This document shows positions 8,504-15,390 of a DNA stretch of 64,000 nt, piece by piece. The DNA is from Salibacteraceae bacterium (GTDB lineage Bacteria; Bacteroidota; Bacteroidia; Flavobacteriales_G; Salibacteraceae), in contig JAGYJZ010000008.1 of assembly GCA_018401875.1 (NCBI GenBank), positions 67,090 through 131,089 on the forward strand, written 5' to 3'. A program made the position numbers and the translations under genes. The notes below the pieces were generated by a model, which saw only the letters and a list, made by a program, of their open reading frames with translations, did not search any database and was not told the DNA's origin. How positions within the stretch are numbered: position 1 is the stretch's first letter; each line of letters opens with the position of its first letter.

Positions 8504-10314
8504 GATAAATCTTGCAGCTCAACCAGTCGTCTGTATAAGCCTTTACGCTCGAGCAATTCTGTGTGTGTTCCCATTTCCACAATTTCGCCTTTATCGATGA
8601 CAATAATGCGATCGGCATGCTGCACGGTGCTCAACCGGTGGGCGATTACAAAGCTGGTTCTGCCTTCGGTAAGTTTCTGAAGGGCGTCTTGCACCAAGCG
8701 CTCACTCTCCGTATCGAGGGCCGATGTTGCTTCATCCATGATCATAATGGGCGGATCATTGAGGATTGCTCGTGCGATGCTCAAACGCTGCTTCTGACCT
8801 CCTGAGAGTTTATTGCCTGCTTCGCCCACACTTGTGTTTAATCCTTCTGATAAAGAAATCGCGAAACCGTGTGCGTTGGCAGCGTGCAGCGCTTCGATTA
8901 TTTGCTTATCGTTTGCGTGTTGATTGCCAATCAGAAGGTTGTTTTTCACACTGTCATTAAACAAGATACTCTGCTGCGAAACAATGCCAAACAACCCTCT
9001 CAAATCATACACTTTAAATTCTTTGATGTTTTTTCCATCCACCAAAATCTCGCCTTCGCTTACGTCATAAAACCGTGGCATGAGGTCTACCAAAGTGGTT
9101 TTTCCACCACCCGAAGGACCGACCAAGGCAATGGATTCTCCCCGTTTTACATGCAAATTAATATTCTTGAGCACCCACTCTTCGCCATACTTAAACGAGA
9201 CGTTTCTGAATTCAATCGATTCTTTGAACGTTGATATGCTCTGTGCGTTTTCCGACTCCAGCACTTGCTCGTCAGCCTCGAGAATTTCATCGATCCGTTC
9301 GCTGGCAGAAATCCCGCGTTGAACTCTGACAAACGACTCTGACAACGCCCGCGCAGGCGAAATCATTTGCGAGAAAATGACGATGTAGAGAATAAAAAAT
9401 TCACCGTTTAGTGAATTGCCTTCGAGCACCAAATTACCGCCAAACCACAAGATCAACGCGATGGTGATGGCCGAGAGCGTTTCTCCTAGAGGCGATGTCA
9501 AATACTGTTTTCTAAACAAGCGCACCATTAACTTAAAATGTTGATCGTTGACCTTGTTGAAATGCCGATTAAAAATATCCTCGGCTGTAAATCCTTTCAC
9601 GATTCTGATGCCACCTACTGTTTCTTCCAAAGACGTGACCACTTCACCGAGCTCTTCCTGTCCTTTTTTGGCAGTGCGTTTTAGCGATTTTCCAATTCTG
9701 CCGATCATCAAACCAGAAATGGGCAAAACGATGACTACGAATAAGGTCAATTCCCAACTGATTCCGAGCAGCGTTATCAAGTAAAGGACGATCATCACTG
9801 GTTGGCGAAAGAGTGCTTCCAACGCACCCATTACTGACCATTCTACTTCCGCAACATCGTTGGTAAATCGCGCCATGATCTGTCCCTTGCGTTCATCGGT
9901 ATAATAGGCCATGGGCAAGCGCAGCAGCTTTTGGTAGATGTCGCGCCTCAAATCTCTCACCGCCACATTTCGCAGAAACGCCATTTGGTGCAGCGCCAAA
10001 TACCTGAAAATATTCCGCACAAAAAAGAGCACCACAATCACGATGCAGAAGATGAACAATGCCTCTATCGGACCTTCTTCGCGGATGTATTGCTCAAAAG
10101 CCGCGTTAAGTTTATCCAAAAAGCCCGAACCAATGACAGCATCAGGATCTGCTTCTGCCTCAACACTGTCAAACAAAATTTTAAGAAAAGGCACAATGGC
10201 CGAAAAAGACACCACCGAAAACGCAGCATTCAGAATGTTGAACGCAAGGTTTACGGCAATTCTTCCTTTGTAGGGAGCAAGGTATTTAAGTATGTCAATG
10301 AATTTCTTCACCAA
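8500..10314 (-). CDS. ABC transporter permease/ATPase fusion (MsbA-like exporter)
   Basis: 604 aa with an N-terminal 6-TM domain. It has Walker A GPSGGGKTT, signature LSGGQKQRLSIARA and Walker B IMIMDEATSALD. Confidence 0.9.
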   Translation of the reverse strand: MVKKFIDILKYLAPYKGRIAVNLAFNILNAAFSVVSFSAIVPFLKILFDSVEAEADPDAVIGSGFLDKLNAAFEQYIREEGPIEALFIFCIVIVVLFFVRNIFRYLALHQMAFLRNVAVRDLRRDIYQKLLRLPMAYYTDERKGQIMARFTNDVAEVEWSVMGALEALFRQPVMIVLYLITLLGISWELTLFVVIVLPISGLMIGRIGKSLKRTAKKGQEELGEVVTSLEETVGGIRIVKGFTAEDIFNRHFNKVNDQHFKLMVRLFRKQYLTSPLGETLSAITIALILWFGGNLVLEGNSLNGEFFILYIVIFSQMISPARALSESFVRVQRGISASERIDEILEADEQVLESENAQSISTFKESIEFRNVSFKYGEEWVLKNINLHVKRGESIALVGPSGGGKTTLVDLMPRFYDVSEGEILVDGKNIKEFKVYDLRGLFGIVSQQSILFNDSVKNNLLIGNQHANDKQIIEALHAANAHGFAISLSEGLNTSVGEAGNKLSGGQKQRLSIARAILNDPPIMIMDEATSALDTESERLVQDALQKLTEGRTSFVIAHRLSTVQHADRIIVIDKGEIVEMGTHTELLERKGLYRRLVELQDLS

Positions 10315-11669
10315 GAAGGCATCTTGAAAACACCCGTGTAATTGTGCGGAGTAATTTGTTTCAACTCTGCTTTCACTGCATCGCTCACCTTCAGCGAGTC
10401 GATGAATTCAGATAACGAATCAGGTGTGATTTTAGCATTACCTCGCGTCAATGCTTTTAGCGCTTCGTATGGCTTTTCGTATCCCTCGCGCCTGAGGATG
10501 GTTTGAATTGCCTCGGCACAAACTTCCCAATGGCGGTCTAATTCAGCGTGGATGACTTCTTCGTTGAGGATGAGTTTATCCAAGCCTTTTTCGATGGAAG
10601 CCAAGGCGATCAGCGTGTGAGAAAACGGCATTCCGATATTGCGTAAAACTGTACTATCAGTAAGGTCTCGTTGCAAGCGCGAAATCGGCAATTTGGCTGA
10701 TAGGTGTTCAAAAATAGCGTTGGCAAACCCCAGGTTTCCTTCTGCGTTTTCAAAGTCGATCGGATTAACCTTGTGCGGCATCGCTGATGAGCCCACTTCA
10801 CCTTCTTTGATCCGCTGCTTGAAATAGTCCATCGAAATGTAGGCCCAAATGTCGCGACTCAAATCAACCAAAATGGTGTTTACCCGTTTCCATGCGTCCA
10901 TCAGTGCAGCCAAATGATCGTAGTGCTCAATTTGTGTGGTAGTTTGAGAGCGGTAAAGTCCCAATGTATTGTTTACGAAACGATTGGCAAATTCACTCCA
11001 ATCTACCTGGCTGTAGGCCACATGATGTGCATTAAAATTTCCCGTTGCCCCGCCAAATTTGGCAGCAAAAGGAATGTGCTGCATCTGAACAAATTGCTGG
11101 TCGATACGCTCAACGAATACGAACAGTTCTTTTCCCAACATGGTTGGTGAAGCCGGCTGGCCGTGTGTGCGGGCGAGCATCGGAACAGCCTTCCACTCTT
11201 CTGCCAAACAGCGAAGTTTTTCTTGGATAAGCATCAATCGAGGAATCATCACTTTTACTTGAGCCTCTTTCAATGAAAGGGGCACCGCTGTGTTGTTGAT
11301 GTCTTGACTCGTGAGTCCGAAATGCACAAACTCCAACAAGTCAGTTCTTCCAAGTTTTTGGAGTTGTTCTTTTACGAAATACTCAACCGCCTTTACATCG
11401 TGGTTGGTGGTGCGTTCAATGGTTTTGATTTGCTCGGCATCTTGCAGGGTAAAATTCTCATACAAGCTTCTCAGTTTAAGCTGTTCTTCATCTTTCAAAG
11501 GCTTCACACCTTGCAGTCCTTCGGCAGCGAGTAAAATCAGGTATTCTATTTCAATACGAACGCGGTATTTAAACAACGCGTATTCTGAAAAATATTCGAT
11601 AAGCGGTTCTGTGTGGCGAGCATAGCGGCCATCAACGGGAGAAACTGAGGTCAAAGCCTTTCTTGGCAT
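10308..11669 (-). CDS. purB: Adenylosuccinate lyase
   Basis: LTSVSPVDGRYARHTEPLIEYFSEYALFKYRVRIEIEYL matches the PurB N-terminus, and SSAMPHKVNPIDFEN is the signature. I start the gene at the internal ATG (MPRKALTS, 11667-11669) rather than the track's 11732. Confidence 0.9.
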   Translation of the reverse strand: MPRKALTSVSPVDGRYARHTEPLIEYFSEYALFKYRVRIEIEYLILLAAEGLQGVKPLKDEEQLKLRSLYENFTLQDAEQIKTIERTTNHDVKAVEYFVKEQLQKLGRTDLLEFVHFGLTSQDINNTAVPLSLKEAQVKVMIPRLMLIQEKLRCLAEEWKAVPMLARTHGQPASPTMLGKELFVFVERIDQQFVQMQHIPFAAKFGGATGNFNAHHVAYSQVDWSEFANRFVNNTLGLYRSQTTTQIEHYDHLAALMDAWKRVNTILVDLSRDIWAYISMDYFKQRIKEGEVGSSAMPHKVNPIDFENAEGNLGFANAIFEHLSAKLPISRLQRDLTDSTVLRNIGMPFSHTLIALASIEKGLDKLILNEEVIHAELDRHWEVCAEAIQTILRREGYEKPYEALKALTRGNAKITPDSLSEFIDSLKVSDAVKAELKQITPHNYTGVFKMPSW

Positions 11670-11841
11670 GAGTACGATTTTAAAAGATGGCAAATGTAGG
11701 GCATAGAAATGATGTTGAATGTTCTGATTCAAGCTGCCTTCTCTGCATCACAAAATCGAATTCTGAAGATTATAAAAAGATATCTCTTTGATTTTAAGTG
11801 CATTTTGTTTTTTTTTACAGAAATCTTTAAATCTACTCGCT

Positions 11842-12252
11842 ATGAAAAATGTATTGATCCTATTATCCTTTTGCTTCACAGTTGTTACCGGAATCTGTCA
11901 ACCACCCACCACCACCATCTTCAACAACACGAACTGCCCCATGACTGTGACAATGGTTTGCGGTTTTGATGCCGGTTGTGATAGATCATGTTCTTTCAAC
12001 GTCTGTGCGCCTGCAATGATGCCCACACCCGCAATTCCTTGTGCCATCGACTGCCATGAATGGGGTTATGCCATTGTATGCCCCGGATGCCCACCTTGCG
12101 GGGCTCCAGACGATTGTTATACTGTGAGTTGGAATAGTTGTAACGGGTATCCTCAAATTGCAACGGGTACTATTTCTGCTCCGTGCCCCACGTTTTGTCA
12201 GGGTCCTATTTCAGTTGATGCTTCTACGCCTAATCAATTGAACATAAATTGA
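11842..12252 (+). CDS. Small secreted or lipid-anchored cysteine-rich protein, unknown family (136 aa)
   Basis: Signal peptide MKNVLILLSFCFTVVTGIC, followed by 14 Cys in ~117 aa. All 14 are conserved in position with the paralog at 14933-15361. I start the gene at the ATG shared by both copies. Confidence 0.6.
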   Translation: MKNVLILLSFCFTVVTGICQPPTTTIFNNTNCPMTVTMVCGFDAGCDRSCSFNVCAPAMMPTPAIPCAIDCHEWGYAIVCPGCPPCGAPDDCYTVSWNSCNGYPQIATGTISAPCPTFCQGPISVDASTPNQLNIN

Positions 12253-12281
12253 GATTTCAACAAGATACAAAGGCGATTAGC

Positions 12282-12289
12282 TAAATTTG
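12282..12289 (+). promoter_or_regulatory. -7 promoter box TAAATTTG, 4 nt upstream of the ATG of the large gene
   Basis: Exact TAnnTTTG. The same motif at the same 4-nt spacing is present in copy 2 (15379-15386), although the surrounding spacer has diverged. Confidence 0.35.
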
Positions 12290-12293
12290 TTTA

Positions 12294-14864
12294 ATGCATT
12301 TAAGGCTATTAGAAAGTTTGGGCAGGCAAAAGGTATTGAATCTTCTTGGCCTGCTTTTTTTTGCATGCCTACTTAACACTCAGGCTCAGCAAGTTTATGA
12401 CAGATGGTGTTTTAATCATAACTTGGGAATAGATTTCACCTCTAACGGTGCAGTATTCAACGCAAACAACAGCATTGAATCATTTGAGGGTTGCATTAGC
12501 GTGTGCGATGTTAATGGTAAGCTTTTGTTCTATGCAAGCCCCACCACCGTGTGGGACAGTATGCATAACGTAATGCCCAATGGCGATAGTTTACACGGAC
12601 ATATCTCGGCAAAATTGGGAGTTTTTTCTGTTCCAGTGCCTGAAAGCCCTCAAAGACATTATGTTTTTACCTCTGATGCTGCGGAATCATGGCCCTCTTG
12701 GGAAACGCGATATTCCATAGTAAACATGGCCCTTAATAGCGGACTTGGTGATTTAGAACCAGGAAGCAAGAACACGCTACTTTTTGATCATAATCCACAT
12801 ATAGCAGAATCGGTAATAGGATGCTCGATGGCAGGTCAGACAGATGGCTATTGGATATTCTGCTGCAAGGGAAACGAGATTCATATCTTTAAGATAACTG
12901 CGAACGGCATTTCCAGTCATTCGTCATACCAAACCGATTTAATGCCTATTGGAGCCTCATCCCTCGTTGGAGTTTCGGGCAGTGGAAGGCGCTTCATAAT
13001 GAATGGCTTTATGCAAATAGATTCCGTACTTTGGAGGGGATTCACACTTCTTAAATTTGACCCTGTGTTGGGTGCTTTCAATGATGAATTGTTTATACCA
13101 TTATCAACCAATATAGTCAACACCTATGCTGAATTTAGCCCAAACGAAAAATTTCTATACTTCAATCATTTCGAATCCGTCCAAAACATTTCATATGCTC
13201 TAAGCCTCAACTTGAACATATGGGATGAAGAAATCATTCTGAATTCAATAGATACTTTAGGAGTGTTAGATAGCAATCGCTTGTTTCAATTTAAGCTTGG
13301 TGTCAACGACACTATTTATATCAACAGGGATTTGGATTCCAATATGTCTATCGCCACCATTGGCAATCCAGATCAGGTGAATGGGCCTGCTGTGTTTGAT
13401 CCTATTTCGTTCCCTGTTCAATTAAACATCTTTGGTCAACATGGCCCTGGATTGCCCAATAACCTGCAATACGGCAAACCCGACTTTGAAGCGCGCTATA
13501 CCTGCCTTGGTGACAGCACATGGTTTGTGTTTTTTGGATTAGCAGATTCTCTAAAATGGAATTTCAATGACCCCAACGCGGGAATGTTGAATTTTTCCAT
13601 GCTTGAAAATCCATATTTCTTGTTCTCATATCCTGATACATTCTCTGTTGAGTTAATCGTGTATTACAAAAACAACATTGATACCATCAACCACGAAGTA
13701 ATCATAAAAGACACTCTTCCTGATCACATTTTTGTGTTGGAAGATGCTTTCTTGTGCGGAAACGCTGACTCTGTTGTCTTTGACTTTAGCGCATTAAATC
13801 CAACAGAAGTGCTTTGGAGTGATAGTGTAAACACCTTAACCCGAATAATAAAAGATACAGGTAACTACGCTGTACTTATTGCAAACGAGTGTGATACGAT
13901 ACGTGATACTCTCGAGGTGATTTATCAACTAAGACCAAACCTCTCATTAAAAGACACAACCATATGCGCTGATTTTCAACTAGTTTCAGGTGTAAACAAC
14001 CCTCCCACAAACAATATTTGGTCAACGGGCGACACTACCGCTTCCATTACCATCGATACTTCCCTTTCGCCCGATTTAAGTCCATTGGATATTTGGCTAA
14101 CTGCCACCAACGTCTGCGGCACTGTAAGCGATACGATGACCATTGACTTTTTACCAATTCCAAATGCGTCATTACCCGCAGACTCTTCGCATTGCCTCGA
14201 TCAGTCATTTTTTATTTTTCATGAAAACTTTGACAACGTCAACTATTTGTGGAGCGACAGCACTTCGGAAGGACGGTTTAGAATTGATTCCACCCAATCT
14301 GTGTGGCTTATAGCTGAAAATATTTGCGGTGTAGACCGAGACACGTTTAACGTAGAGTTTTACCCCGAAATTAAACCTGAACATGGAGAAGACACAGTCA
14401 TCTGCAATGGCGAAATACTGGTATTGGACGCTACATGGCCAGGCGCCAACTATGCATGGAACACAGGAAGTACAGGCAATTCGATCACTGTTTCTGAAAC
14501 CGACAATTACATCGTCACCATCAGCAGTCCGCCATGCCAGAAAGTAGTATCGCGCACCGTGTCATTCACTGAAGAAGCTTGTAACGAATCGGGATGCAAG
14601 TTTTCGATTCCCAACGTTTTTTCTCCCAACGCAGACGGAATCAACGATGCATTGCGCATCACCAACACCTGCGAACATTTAAATTTCACGGTGTTCATCT
14701 ATAACCGCTGGGGACAATTGGTATTCAGGCAACAAAACAGCTCATCCGGAGCTTCGTGGGACGGAACCATCAATGGAGAAGCTGCAACAGAAGGCACTTA
14801 CTTTGTGGTAGCTATGCACAGCGAAGAAAAAACGCAACGCGCTGCGGTGAGTTTAATGAGGTAA
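12294..14864 (+). CDS. Large secreted protein with a gliding-motility-associated / T9SS type B C-terminal sorting domain (856 aa)
   Basis: Signal peptide ending TQAQ, then an N-terminal ~450-aa domain starting QQVYDRWCF. Four ~65-aa Cys-bracketed repeats follow. The C-terminus is CKFSIPNVFSPNADGINDALRI...FIYNRWGQLVF...GTYFVV. Confidence 0.8.
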   Translation: MHLRLLESLGRQKVLNLLGLLFFACLLNTQAQQVYDRWCFNHNLGIDFTSNGAVFNANNSIESFEGCISVCDVNGKLLFYASPTTVWDSMHNVMPNGDSLHGHISAKLGVFSVPVPESPQRHYVFTSDAAESWPSWETRYSIVNMALNSGLGDLEPGSKNTLLFDHNPHIAESVIGCSMAGQTDGYWIFCCKGNEIHIFKITANGISSHSSYQTDLMPIGASSLVGVSGSGRRFIMNGFMQIDSVLWRGFTLLKFDPVLGAFNDELFIPLSTNIVNTYAEFSPNEKFLYFNHFESVQNISYALSLNLNIWDEEIILNSIDTLGVLDSNRLFQFKLGVNDTIYINRDLDSNMSIATIGNPDQVNGPAVFDPISFPVQLNIFGQHGPGLPNNLQYGKPDFEARYTCLGDSTWFVFFGLADSLKWNFNDPNAGMLNFSMLENPYFLFSYPDTFSVELIVYYKNNIDTINHEVIIKDTLPDHIFVLEDAFLCGNADSVVFDFSALNPTEVLWSDSVNTLTRIIKDTGNYAVLIANECDTIRDTLEVIYQLRPNLSLKDTTICADFQLVSGVNNPPTNNIWSTGDTTASITIDTSLSPDLSPLDIWLTATNVCGTVSDTMTIDFLPIPNASLPADSSHCLDQSFFIFHENFDNVNYLWSDSTSEGRFRIDSTQSVWLIAENICGVDRDTFNVEFYPEIKPEHGEDTVICNGEILVLDATWPGANYAWNTGSTGNSITVSETDNYIVTISSPPCQKVVSRTVSFTEEACNESGCKFSIPNVFSPNADGINDALRITNTCEHLNFTVFIYNRWGQLVFRQQNSSSGASWDGTINGEAATEGTYFVVAMHSEEKTQRAAVSLMR

Positions 14865-14932
14865 TAAACTAAACCCTTGATTATTAGTATTTTTTGCTTT
14901 TTTTTTGTGGGAAATCTTTAAATCTACTCGCT

Positions 14933-15361
14933 ATGAAAAACGTATTAATTATCCTAACTTTTTGCTTTTGCGCCACCTACGGAATATGTCAGGCGCCTCC
15001 CATGAACATCAATAACACATTGGGTTGCGACATGCTCGTCAGGCTAAACTGCGGCAATGATGTTGGTTGTGACGCAGCTTGCTCAGTGACTATTTGCATT
15101 CCAGCAATGGGCGCAGTTCTTACTCCTCCATGCTCAATTGATTGCCAAGAATGGGGTATGGCTATGGTTTGTCCGGCAGACCCATGTCCGAACATTTGCG
15201 GTAATACAGCCGATGGAAGCTGTTATATCGTGAGCTGGAACAATTGCAATTCTTATCCAACCATAGCCACAGGCAACATTAATCCCCCTTGCCCAACCTC
15301 CTGCTTGGGAACGATCACGGTTGATGCTTCAATGCCAAACACATTAAACATCACGCCTTAA
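14933..15361 (+). CDS. Small cysteine-rich secreted protein, paralog of 11842-12252 (142 aa)
   Basis: Signal peptide MKNVLIILTFCFCATYGIC, followed by the same 14-Cys scaffold (..IDCQEWG.A.VCP..CY.VSWN.CN.YP.IATG..PCPT.C.G.I.VDAS.PN.LNI). Confidence 0.6.
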   Translation: MKNVLIILTFCFCATYGICQAPPMNINNTLGCDMLVRLNCGNDVGCDAACSVTICIPAMGAVLTPPCSIDCQEWGMAMVCPADPCPNICGNTADGSCYIVSWNNCNSYPTIATGNINPPCPTSCLGTITVDASMPNTLNITP

Positions 15362-15378
15362 GGCACACTGTAAATAAC

Positions 15379-15386
15379 TAGATTTG
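15379..15386 (+). promoter_or_regulatory. -7 promoter box TAGATTTG, 4 nt upstream of the ATG of the second large gene
   Basis: Exact TAnnTTTG at the same spacing as copy 1. Confidence 0.35.
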
Positions 15387-15390
15387 CCTC

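Larger units (their letters stand above)
11805..14864 (+). repeat. Tandem duplication unit 1 (small Cys-rich gene plus large T9SS type-B gene)
   Basis: Colinear with 14895-17963 at an offset of 3091-3106 nt. It shares the leader aaatctttaaatctactcgctATGAAAAA. Blocks of near-identity are listed in the findings. Confidence 0.85.

Noticed and set aside
10308-11732. Long N-terminal extensions suggested by the ORF track (purB from 11732, M42 peptidase from 32094, rnhB from 39926, lipoprotein from 28309, small Cys-rich genes from 11788 and 14894).
   Set aside because: The extensions add non-conserved residues ahead of well-known N-termini or signal peptides, and several use TTG. Internal ATGs give canonical protein starts and remove gene overlaps.
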